A stretch of DNA of 64,000 nucleotides, taken from the IMG/VR virus record IMGVR_UViG_3300022562_001652, positions 49,816-113,815 of that record; one strand, given 5' to 3'. Position 1 is the first letter of the stretch. The number at the start of each line of letters is the position of its first letter. Below the pieces are notes generated by a model, which was given only the letters and a program-made list of their open reading frames with translations, made no database searches and was not told the origin of the DNA. Position numbers and translations under genes: made by a program. Source of the stretch: a virus. Below are positions 9,814 to 18,451 of the stretch, one piece after another.

Positions 9814-12006
9814 CTATCGGGACAGCTCCACAGAACTCGCTCGTTGAGCGTTGACGGGACGCACGTTCATACTCACACGAGCGGTTCCGGAGCTAAAAGA
9901 GAGCTTCAAGTCCGTCACGGTGTCTGTTCTCACGTCCTCCAGAAGGGACTGGCGAGCATAGAAGGTGTACAAAGGCAGGATTTCCGTCGAAGCAGGACGA
10001 CCAATCGGTAGAGAAAGCCCGTAGAAAGAATCGAACGGGTGCCCGCCACGGTTGGTCGCCATCCGAAGACGGAGGGCTTGGATGTAGTTCTCGAGTCCTG
10101 CTAGGGTCGCCACATCGCTCAAGCTGTTCAAGACAGCCTTAGCCTTGAGGGGGCTCTTCGTGACCCCGTTCTTGACGTCGAACAGCAGAAGAGCATCTCG
10201 TCCGTACGCGATCTCCTCAAGTGAAGGAGGAGATCGCAGAACGAACTCATCCAAGAAGAGGGAGAAGTCGTCGCCGATCGTGGGGGTCACGGCCCACGCC
10301 CGATTCAGCGTAAGCGTGTCTTCTGTGTTCGAAACCACGTATCTCACAGGATCGACAGTCCCCGATCCCGACAACAGCGTGACCGTGAAGCCGATCCACT
10401 GATCTTCACGCCACGGATCGTGGCTCGCACACACGACCTCCAGGCTCGAACCCGTAGCTGTGATACTGCCTGCGAAGCTAGCCACTGGGGGTGTCGGAGG
10501 ATCGTTTGCGATCGTACTCCCTGTCCCCGTCCTCACAGGAACCTTGATGTACTCACCCCAAGCGATCGTACCGGAAGGCTTTCCCACGAGCTCGGCCACG
10601 ATGTAGGGAAACGAGAGGTCGTTCACGAAGACGAGATCCGTAAACGCATAGATCGTCCCCATCGTCCTGCGAGCCACGTCGTAGATCGTCTCTCCCCTAT
10701 TCACGACCACGCTTCGAAACCCGTCTGTCGAAAGCAGACGAGCGCTATCCGCAACCGGGGACCTGTCCTCTTCTCCGACGAACGGGTTCACAGGGAGAGG
10801 AGATCCCTTCTCCGGCATGAAGTCAGTCGTGAATCCTTCCTTACCACGCACCTCTGCGAAAGAAGACACCCCTTCCACAACCTTGGAAGAAAGGGGACTC
10901 TGATCCCCAAGTGGTGACACCGCGAGGTGATCCACGAGCGACGTGGCTTCGATCACCCACTCGTTCCACTCGAACGCCGGACCATCGGACATCTCCTCGT
11001 ACGTGTAGAGACGCGGCATCTCGTTGAACAAGCGATCCTTGGCTGCTTCGAAAGCCGCGATGGAAGACTGCACGAGAAGCCCCATCGAATGCACGAGAGA
11101 GGTTCCCTCATCATACAGAGACACGATCTCGTGCACGGCGTCGACGGCCTGGTTGGCTAGCTCTCCGATCGCATACGGAACCGCACCGACAGCAGCCCTT
11201 CCGTTAGCGACGAGCTCACGCATCCTTCCGATGGCCGATCGTACTGCTGGAAGACCTACAGCGCGTGATAGCCCCGACGCGAAAGAGCCATCGAGCAAGG
11301 AGGTACCGAACGCGACAGTACCAGGGGAAAGAACCGCGTCGGTGATCCGATCGAACAAGGAGATAGACGAACGTGGACGACGGGTCACGATGGAAGATCC
11401 GGATGGCTCGATGCATGTGAATCGGATCTCGTAGTCGTGCAGAAAGTTTCGCCCAGAAGAAAGGCGGAGAACGAACACCTGAGGCTCGATCAACCAGAAC
11501 TCATCGTACTTCGTGTCGAAGTAGTGCATGCGTACCTGGTTCCCTTTCCTCTTTTCGAGCCCAAACTTGTTGAAGAGGTGCTTGAGTTCCAAGAACGCCT
11601 TGTAGCCGCTTCGGTTGGCCCTGCTCTCGTTCGCAGCAGTACTCTCGTCGACCAGCCTCCCAGAAAAACGCGTAGAAGACGCGACCCCAGCAGCTTCTCT
11701 ACGTGACAGGAGAGGATGAAGTCCCGTCGTTCCGACGATGACGGCGCTCTTCACGAGCTGTCCTCTCGACTCGATGATCTTCCCACCTCCCTGCGAGAAG
11801 GTGATAGCTGTCGCAAACGGCTCGCTATAAGAGACCTGCTGCGGATTCAGCGCAAGGCCTACGTAGTCCGAAGATCCGACAACATCGTCGATGTTCGCAC
11901 GGAAACGAGCATCCTGATCACTGGGATCGAACTCCAAGTAGAAACCGTACATGGAAGCATCGGCCCAACGGGAAGCCGGAGGTGGAGGAGGGAGACGGAG
12001 CGTCAT
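9814..12006 (-). CDS. Fused tube-initiator / LysM / gp25-like baseplate protein
   Basis: 730 aa; N-terminal 'LNPQQVSY' tube-initiator-like region, LysM-like 'VVNRGETIYDVARRTMG', C-terminal gp25-like 'GLENYIQALRLRMAT.RG.HPF..FYG'. Confidence 0.65.
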   Translation of the reverse strand: MTLRLPPPPPASRWADASMYGFYLEFDPSDQDARFRANIDDVVGSSDYVGLALNPQQVSYSEPFATAITFSQGGGKIIESRGQLVKSAVIVGTTGLHPLLSRREAAGVASSTRFSGRLVDESTAANESRANRSGYKAFLELKHLFNKFGLEKRKGNQVRMHYFDTKYDEFWLIEPQVFVLRLSSGRNFLHDYEIRFTCIEPSGSSIVTRRPRSSISLFDRITDAVLSPGTVAFGTSLLDGSFASGLSRAVGLPAVRSAIGRMRELVANGRAAVGAVPYAIGELANQAVDAVHEIVSLYDEGTSLVHSMGLLVQSSIAAFEAAKDRLFNEMPRLYTYEEMSDGPAFEWNEWVIEATSLVDHLAVSPLGDQSPLSSKVVEGVSSFAEVRGKEGFTTDFMPEKGSPLPVNPFVGEEDRSPVADSARLLSTDGFRSVVVNRGETIYDVARRTMGTIYAFTDLVFVNDLSFPYIVAELVGKPSGTIAWGEYIKVPVRTGTGSTIANDPPTPPVASFAGSITATGSSLEVVCASHDPWREDQWIGFTVTLLSGSGTVDPVRYVVSNTEDTLTLNRAWAVTPTIGDDFSLFLDEFVLRSPPSLEEIAYGRDALLLFDVKNGVTKSPLKAKAVLNSLSDVATLAGLENYIQALRLRMATNRGGHPFDSFYGLSLPIGRPASTEILPLYTFYARQSLLEDVRTDTVTDLKLSFSSGTARVSMNVRPVNAQRASSVELSR

Positions 12007-12875
12007 TGAAGAACCACCACGTCGGAGAGATCGTCCTCTTCCATGCTCTTCGCACTAGGAAGAGTAATAGGACTACCAAAACCACTGGTACCGGCACTCG
12101 GGTCGAACGCCGGTTTAGAAGTAGGTGCACCAAACACAGAATGCAGGTGGCTTAGAAACTTGTCCTTCAGGTTGTTGTGATCACTCACGAGAGCGTTGAA
12201 CCGCTCGAGCAGGTTGTCCCCCTTCACGGCTGGATGCACCGCGTCCATTCCGAGCTGGATGGAGCCAGTTCCTTCTAGCTGCACATGGAACGACCGATCC
12301 GTAGGACCTTCGACCACGATATTCCCTTCTGGAGTGATCGTGACTTTTGTCGGAGAGCTGCCGACGATGCGTGTGATGGACGCCGTGCCGTCCTCCTTCA
12401 CCTCGAACACTGTGTCGTAGTGGCGCACCACCCTACGTTCGCCGTTCGAAGAAGCAGACGCGTAGCTCGATGACGTGCCGCGTGGGATCGCCCCCAGGAT
12501 CACTGCCCTCTCCCGAGAACCGTTCAGGAAACCCACCAGAACGATGTCTCCGTCCGTGTCCCGCGCTCGTGTCGTCGTCTTCGAAAAAGAACCACCGTTC
12601 AGATTGCGGGAAGCAGGGTGGTAGACGACCTCTTCTCCGTTCGACACGCCACCGCTCCGCTCGAGAGATCGGGCTCCGTGGATAGGTTGTCCCGTAGCCG
12701 TGTCTCGGAGGTCGTACTCTACTCCTGTCCTGTTTCTGTTCCCGTCCTCGTCCACGAAGCGTCGATCGATCACAAGCGCCTCCACCAGGCCACTGATGGA
12801 GTACCCAGAAAGACTACCAACAAGGACCGTCCCGACCCCCGCTTGCCTCGGATGCCCGTCGTACGCGTCGCTCAT
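12003..12875 (-). CDS. Baseplate central spike (gpV/gp45-like)
   Basis: Probable start ATG 12875 overlapping the hub stop; OB-fold 'GDIVLVGFLNG..AVILGAI', beta repeats and C-terminal HxH (HLH). Confidence 0.7.
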   Translation of the reverse strand: MSDAYDGHPRQAGVGTVLVGSLSGYSISGLVEALVIDRRFVDEDGNRNRTGVEYDLRDTATGQPIHGARSLERSGGVSNGEEVVYHPASRNLNGGSFSKTTTRARDTDGDIVLVGFLNGSRERAVILGAIPRGTSSSYASASSNGERRVVRHYDTVFEVKEDGTASITRIVGSSPTKVTITPEGNIVVEGPTDRSFHVQLEGTGSIQLGMDAVHPAVKGDNLLERFNALVSDHNNLKDKFLSHLHSVFGAPTSKPAFDPSAGTSGFGSPITLPSAKSMEEDDLSDVVVLQ

Positions 12876-14752
12876 TCGTCTTCTCCCCTTGGTTCGATGG
12901 GAGCTGGTTCGTTGGCCGCCTTCTTCATCAGCCCGTTCACGTAGTAATCGAACGGATCCTTCACAGGAAGCATCCGCTTTTTCTCCGTCCAAAAGATGCT
13001 CGCCGCCGGGTTTTCCTTGTCGTTCGCATCGATTCCTCGAATCAGCACGACGTTCGTCGTGCTTCGACCAGGATCGTAGGCGAAGCTGTGCGACACTTTC
13101 TGAACGTAGAAGTGCAGCTCTTCTCGTCCCCCGCCAGACTTCCCGCGACGCAACACCAGACGCGTACCACATCTGATGTCGGGGCGAAAACGCATGGTGA
13201 GCGAACCCTCAAGCATGAGCTCGTTGAAAGCATGCCACGTAGACACGAGCCACACGTAGTATTCGTACACATCTTTGAAACCGACCCCGAACTGACGTCC
13301 TTTGGCTACCGACGTAGCATACTGGTTGGACACGAACGGGAACACCGTCTCTATCTCGCACCTGCGTAGGCCGAACCTAGAGATCGACTCTTTGTTTACC
13401 ATGATCCCGAAAATCAGCTCTTGAAGCTGAGGCGGGAGGGTAATCGCGTGGAGTCGGAAGAAGTTCATGACGTTGTGGATGCTCTTCGAGAGCTCAGAAG
13501 AGACCAACTCCGTCTCTTCCACCACGCTGTGCGGCAGCTTCATGAAGGTGCCTGTGTCATAAGGACGCTGACGAAACACGAGAGCCAACGCTGCCGAGCC
13601 TGTTTTTCCAATACTGATTCGCGAAGGAACGAAGTCTCGCCTGCCTTGATTCACTTCCTGCGCCCTGGGTGCTGAAGAACTCACGGAGGCAGGGATACTA
13701 GGATCAGGGATCACGTTCCCGACATTCTCTTCTCCAGAGACGAAGCGCTTCCTGTCCACGTCGCTGATGCCGAGGAGGTTGTTCCAGACGCGCCTCTTCT
13801 CGCGCACCTGTTCATCGGCATCTTTTGAAGGAACGAAGTTCCGCGCAAGGTTTTCCTGATAGGCATGAGCCTCTAGAGCCTCAGGAGTCACGTCACGTAT
13901 GTCCACGAACATCTCGTTCACGTCAGCGTTCTGGTAGTGCTGAAGAAGCTTCCAAAGACTGCCCGCCTCCGCCACCGGATACGTGTGAATGCCGTATCCG
14001 AACGTAGGGGCTTGAACAAAAGTCGAGACATCGAGGAAGGAGGCGATCGGAACCTCTTCGGCACCAGGAAACCTCCACTGTGTCCGAACGAGCTCGGAAG
14101 CCCCAGGCGTGGCGAGGAAAACATCGAGAAGCTGCAGAATCGTCTCCGTCGGACTCAGGATCCTCTCTATCTGTTTGAAGAGGAGCTCCTGGTTGTAGAA
14201 GATCTGGTCAACAGCCAGAAAAGCAGGATCTGAGACGAGGGCGGACTCAGCCAGGATCTTGCCGATATCACGAGCTGACACGGTGACAGCTTCGACCGTG
14301 GCCCCATTCCCATCCACTGCCCTCGTCTCGACGACGCTATCCACAAATACGATAGACACGGTAGTAGGGACTAGCCGATCGGACCCATCTAACGTCGACA
14401 TGAAGACGAGAAGAGCATCACCGGGACGGATCAGGTTTTTCCAATCCCTTCCTTGCTTCAAAACCACGCTCAAGACACCAGCAGGGTTGTTCGTGTCCAC
14501 CGTCTTTTGCCACGTGCAGGCGAGCACGTCGTTACGCACGTAACCCGCAGACCCAGACTGAAGCCATCTGCCAGACTGAAGCCACCTATCGCGGAACCCG
14601 GAAGCTGCGGGAATTTCGTCCAACGACCTTTGTCGAAAACTCCCAAAGTCATGACTCTTCTGCGCGAACCACAGAACATCACAACCAGAAAAGCTTCGCC
14701 AAAAGGTACGCTCTTCGGAAGGGTTCCCGGTACTGTACGAAGCGAACGACAT
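12872..14752 (-). CDS. Baseplate hub protein (gp27/gp44-like)
   Basis: 626 aa between tape measure and spike; C-terminal 'RPDIRCG..L...FYVQKVSHSF......T...L.RG' hub motif. Confidence 0.7.
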   Translation of the reverse strand: MSFASYSTGNPSEERTFWRSFSGCDVLWFAQKSHDFGSFRQRSLDEIPAASGFRDRWLQSGRWLQSGSAGYVRNDVLACTWQKTVDTNNPAGVLSVVLKQGRDWKNLIRPGDALLVFMSTLDGSDRLVPTTVSIVFVDSVVETRAVDGNGATVEAVTVSARDIGKILAESALVSDPAFLAVDQIFYNQELLFKQIERILSPTETILQLLDVFLATPGASELVRTQWRFPGAEEVPIASFLDVSTFVQAPTFGYGIHTYPVAEAGSLWKLLQHYQNADVNEMFVDIRDVTPEALEAHAYQENLARNFVPSKDADEQVREKRRVWNNLLGISDVDRKRFVSGEENVGNVIPDPSIPASVSSSAPRAQEVNQGRRDFVPSRISIGKTGSAALALVFRQRPYDTGTFMKLPHSVVEETELVSSELSKSIHNVMNFFRLHAITLPPQLQELIFGIMVNKESISRFGLRRCEIETVFPFVSNQYATSVAKGRQFGVGFKDVYEYYVWLVSTWHAFNELMLEGSLTMRFRPDIRCGTRLVLRRGKSGGGREELHFYVQKVSHSFAYDPGRSTTNVVLIRGIDANDKENPAASIFWTEKKRMLPVKDPFDYYVNGLMKKAANEPAPIEPRGEDE

Positions 14753-14759
14753 TCAGTTC

Positions 14760-17114
14760 CTACTTGCCTCCGAAAAGCTGTCCTACAGGACGAACGACGG
14801 AGCTCGTGATCCGCTCCACCGTAGTACGTGCGTCGTGCACCATGACGTTGAGAGAGTGCCCCATCGTGGCTCCGTACCCAACCATGGAAGAGAAACCTGC
14901 TTCCCCCATCACTGCAGATGGTTGTACAGCCTGACCTCCTTGGCTCGTATTTACATGGAGGTGCGAAGGATCACCCCCTGGGAAGTTTTTCTTCCTGGTT
15001 TTGCCAAGGTAGGTCCCTGCTCTCACTTTCCCTTTTCCGACGCCAACGTGTTCCAGATGATGAAACTGGTAAAGGATCCCGCTCTGATCACCCTGGAAAG
15101 TGACTGTCATCCCATATTGATCAGGGGGACCGTTCGTTGTGCCGATACGCAAAACCGTACCATCTTCAGGAGCTCGGATTTCTGTTCCTGGAGGAAGGTC
15201 GACGTCTTGAGCCATGTGCAACCTATTCCCTTTTACGTAGCCACCATGGCCGTCAGGACGGGTTCCGCGAGGCGCCATCCAACCTCGTGCTAACGAGGTA
15301 AAGTACCCTTGCTCCTTAGCAGGAGTAGGTGCTCCTGACGAAGAGGTAGTAGCTGCGGTGGCTACAGAAGGGGCTGTGGTGGGTTCTGGTTCACCGGTAA
15401 TGCCTCTTTTTATGAAACCCCACGCATTGGTCCACACCCGATGTGCGGCACCTGCATCATCCTCCGTATAGACCCTGTTCCCTCTTGCTTTCCTCTCCGC
15501 AGTCTTTCGAGCCTCGTCTCCCTCGTCTATGAAAGATCCTCGCCTGATCCCCTCGACTCCAGGGAAACCACCGGTACCGCCCCCAGCCTTGGTGACACCG
15601 AAGTGTCTGTCCAATATATCCACCATAACGGGACGAGGGATCCCAGGAAACAGGAGAGCGAGAGCCTCGGCCGCACGGCTCTTGCTGAGGGTGTCCCCCG
15701 GAGGCTGTCCCACGAAGGCCTCACGAAGACCAGGGATTTTGTCCGCCATCATGGCAAGGGACTGTTCGTCCGAAACCTTCCCGCGCTCCACCGCAAGTCG
15801 GGCCTCTGTGTAGGAGAGGCCCTGCTTCATCCCAGCCATCGTAGCCATGATTTGGGACACGCCTCCTGCCTGGCCTGTCCTCAACGCTTCGAGAGACTGA
15901 CGCGCCACGAGCCCTGAAGCAGAGGCTCCTTGGTAAGCCGGTCCCATGCCCCCCACGAACGACTCACGCGCAAGCACGTTTTGGACGTTGACGTACCCAG
16001 TCGTGACGGAGGCAATAGACTGAGCCGTGAGAGAAAGAACCTCTCCGAGGCGACCTTCCTCCAGTCCGTGCGCCAAGGATCGTCCTATCACTTCACCGAT
16101 TACGCGCTGTTGCTCACGCGTGTCCGTGATGCCTCCTTTGCGAAGAGCCCCAGCAGTGGCTGTACCCTCCGCCCCCAGCATTTTCCACCCTTCGAGACCA
16201 CCGATAAAAGGAAGGATGTCTTGTGACAGACCAGCACGGCCTACTCCAATACCAAGTTTAGCCCGGTCTTCGGGAGACAAGCCCATCCGCTCAAAAATTG
16301 TCGATGGGGCGTCTCCGGTCGTAAGAGCACCAGAGCTGCGTTCACCTGCTTCGAAGGCTGCCCTACCCGTAGGGCCTATCATCTGACCCATGCGGTAACG
16401 AAGAAGAGAACGAGCCTCTCTTTTTTGACTAGCGTTGCCTACGAGCTCGGCACCAAGCTGTATAACCCCACCAACAACAGGGATACCGAGAGCAGCCTGC
16501 CCTACGAGTCGTGCAATCGAAGAGTCTTGGTAACCTTCAAACTGTGCCTGCTGAGCTGCCCCAGCCACACCCATCATGTACATCCCGAAACGGCGAACCC
16601 TCTCTGCGGCGACGCCTCCTTCTCGGTAAGGGCCTCCGCCTCCGCCTCCGCCTCCTCCGCCTCCTCCCCCACTCATTGTCCCGCCGTAGGTTCCTCCTCC
16701 GCCAGGAGCGCCAGGCCCTGTTACAAAACCACCAAACCCACCGAAACCTCCGCCTCCGCCTCCGCCACCCCCACCGCCTGCTCCAAAACCAAAGAAACCA
16801 AACCCACCCGCCATAGCTCCCTTCGAGCCAGACCACGGTCCACCTGGACCACCTCCCATGTGCGAAAAGATAGAGCTGGCGATCTGAGACATGGCGTTCA
16901 TCTGACGCAACATGTGATCGCCACTTCGGATGTTCTCGGCGACTGCACCCGTAATCCTGCGAATCTGGGTGTCGGTAGCACGGGTGAACGAGTCACCCAT
17001 TCGAAGAATGGCCTGCTCGAACTGACGAAGCTCTCGGGTTGCTTCTTGGACCGTCGACCTGAGGTGGTCGAGGTCAATCCCGACACGAAGGAGTTCTTCG
17101 AAATCGACCGCCAC
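14760..17114 (-). CDS. Tape measure protein with C-terminal M23 peptidase
   Basis: Probable GTG start 17114 after GGAGGAG; Ala/Gly-rich helical body with poly-Gly tracts; M23 motifs HMAQD (HxxxD) and HLH. Confidence 0.75.
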   Translation of the reverse strand: MAVDFEELLRVGIDLDHLRSTVQEATRELRQFEQAILRMGDSFTRATDTQIRRITGAVAENIRSGDHMLRQMNAMSQIASSIFSHMGGGPGGPWSGSKGAMAGGFGFFGFGAGGGGGGGGGGGFGGFGGFVTGPGAPGGGGTYGGTMSGGGGGGGGGGGGGPYREGGVAAERVRRFGMYMMGVAGAAQQAQFEGYQDSSIARLVGQAALGIPVVGGVIQLGAELVGNASQKREARSLLRYRMGQMIGPTGRAAFEAGERSSGALTTGDAPSTIFERMGLSPEDRAKLGIGVGRAGLSQDILPFIGGLEGWKMLGAEGTATAGALRKGGITDTREQQRVIGEVIGRSLAHGLEEGRLGEVLSLTAQSIASVTTGYVNVQNVLARESFVGGMGPAYQGASASGLVARQSLEALRTGQAGGVSQIMATMAGMKQGLSYTEARLAVERGKVSDEQSLAMMADKIPGLREAFVGQPPGDTLSKSRAAEALALLFPGIPRPVMVDILDRHFGVTKAGGGTGGFPGVEGIRRGSFIDEGDEARKTAERKARGNRVYTEDDAGAAHRVWTNAWGFIKRGITGEPEPTTAPSVATAATTSSSGAPTPAKEQGYFTSLARGWMAPRGTRPDGHGGYVKGNRLHMAQDVDLPPGTEIRAPEDGTVLRIGTTNGPPDQYGMTVTFQGDQSGILYQFHHLEHVGVGKGKVRAGTYLGKTRKKNFPGGDPSHLHVNTSQGGQAVQPSAVMGEAGFSSMVGYGATMGHSLNVMVHDARTTVERITSSVVRPVGQLFGGK

Positions 17115-17115
17115 G

Positions 17116-17488
17116 CTACTCCTCCGTCCTGGGGTTCTTCCTTCTCTGGAAGAATCCTTCAATCATGGCACGCTCCTCGTCGGGAATACCGTCGAGAGCG
17201 TCGACCTCTTCCCCGCGATCGATCGCCTCCTCGATTCGCTGCGTGGCTGTCTTGGCCAGGGAGGAGGCGCGAGTGGCACGAACCACGGCAGGACCACCGT
17301 CCTTCTCGATCTCGTCCATCAGAAACTCCACGTAGAGCTCCTCCTCTGTGTACTCCGCGAGGAGCGGATCTTTGGACGGTCGGTGGTACTTATCGCACCA
17401 CCACTTCTTTAGCCACTCATGCTCGAGAGTCTCGAGTGCGATCTCACGCAATAGGTCTGCATCGTTTTCCCACGCCTTCTCAACGAAA
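17116..17488 (-). CDS. Tail assembly chaperone T-like C-terminal part (reached by +1 frameshift)
   Basis: Frame is +1 relative to the upstream chaperone and open from the TCC-TTT-CGT site; TTG start lacks an obvious RBS. Confidence 0.65.
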
Positions 17489-17914
17489 GGAACTCTCCCA
17501 GTGCCTCACGTGGTCGAGAACGACACCCACAGGACCGTCGTCGAAGAACTCTTCCGGCTTCCACCAGTCGGGAAACTCGATCAAGGCGATCTTGAGATAG
17601 GCCAACGCGTAGTGAAGGCCTGCCGTGTACCCGTCCAAGGCCTGGCCCTCGTTCAGACGAGCCTCCATAACACGGACCTTGCTCACACCACCGATGGTAA
17701 GGCGCTGAGCACGAAAAACACCGATCTTGGTCTCTTTCGATTCCGGATCGTCCCACTCAACGTCGAACGCCAGCTCGCGCCGAAGCTTGTCCGTACTGTC
17801 TGGACGACGGTCCGTGATCCGGAACTTCTTCTTCTCTTCAGCAAGACCGTCTTTCTTCTTGTTCTGGGTCTCATCTTCTAGAGGCGACACTTCTTTCAGA
17901 TTCGCGGAAGCCAC
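17480..17914 (-). CDS. Tail assembly chaperone (G-like)
   Basis: 144 aa between tube and tape measure; 'P.WW' motif; ends at the slippery site. Confidence 0.7.
   Translation of the reverse strand: MASANLKEVSPLEDETQNKKKDGLAEEKKKFRITDRRPDSTDKLRRELAFDVEWDDPESKETKIGVFRAQRLTIGGVSKVRVMEARLNEGQALDGYTAGLHYALAYLKIALIEFPDWWKPEEFFDDGPVGVVLDHVRHWESSFR
17483..17491 (-). other. Programmed +1 ribosomal frameshift site UCC-UUU-CGU(-UGA)
   Basis: Minus strand reads ...AGT TCC TTT CGT TGA; slipping UUU to UUC gives F-V-E-K-A-W-E-N-D-A-D-L-L-R-E-I..., the 17116 ORF. Confidence 0.7.
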
Positions 17915-17923
17915 GATCTCCTC

Positions 17924-18436
17924 CTACGGAGTGGTGAGGATCGGCGGCGTGAAGACCTGGATCTCGGGATCACCCTCATCCAGCATACGGGTCGTCACGA
18001 AGGTAAGGTTCTCGAGGACGACCCCACGTGCCGGAATGTTGAAGTTCCTGGACGCCGCCTTGACCTGTTCGAAGAAGTAGATCGCTTTCTTCGACAGCTC
18101 GTCGTACACCGCCACGTCCACGCCCTCGACAATCAGAATCTGACTGAGACGAGGGAAGATGTTCTGCTCTCGAAGAGAGCCTGGTGACGCCGACGTCTTC
18201 GGATCCGTTCTCCGCGAAATCGAACGGAAAATGGAACACGACAACGTGCAGCGATAACTGATGGGAACATGCTCCACAGCGGGAAGGCGGCCGAGAACCT
18301 CGATCGCCTCCTGCCCGATGTCCTCGCTCCCGGAAATACCGGTAGCCAGAGCGATGATCTCTCCGTTGTAGCTGAAGATCGCCCGGTCTCCAGCAAAGAC
18401 CCTCGTCCCAGGCCCTATTGGCAACGCGTTCGGCAT
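17924..18436 (-). CDS. Tail tube protein
   Basis: 170 aa directly after the sheath; 'EVLGRLPAVEHVP..Y..TLS' motif. Confidence 0.8.
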   Translation of the reverse strand: MPNALPIGPGTRVFAGDRAIFSYNGEIIALATGISGSEDIGQEAIEVLGRLPAVEHVPISYRCTLSCSIFRSISRRTDPKTSASPGSLREQNIFPRLSQILIVEGVDVAVYDELSKKAIYFFEQVKAASRNFNIPARGVVLENLTFVTTRMLDEGDPEIQVFTPPILTTP

Positions 18437-18451
18437 TGGTCGTTTCCTTTC

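Noticed and set aside
12876-13172. N-terminal 99 aa of the 389-aa spike ORF (likewise 27838-28041 of the protease ORF)
   Set aside because: Overlap upstream genes; better starts with SD at 12875 and 27837
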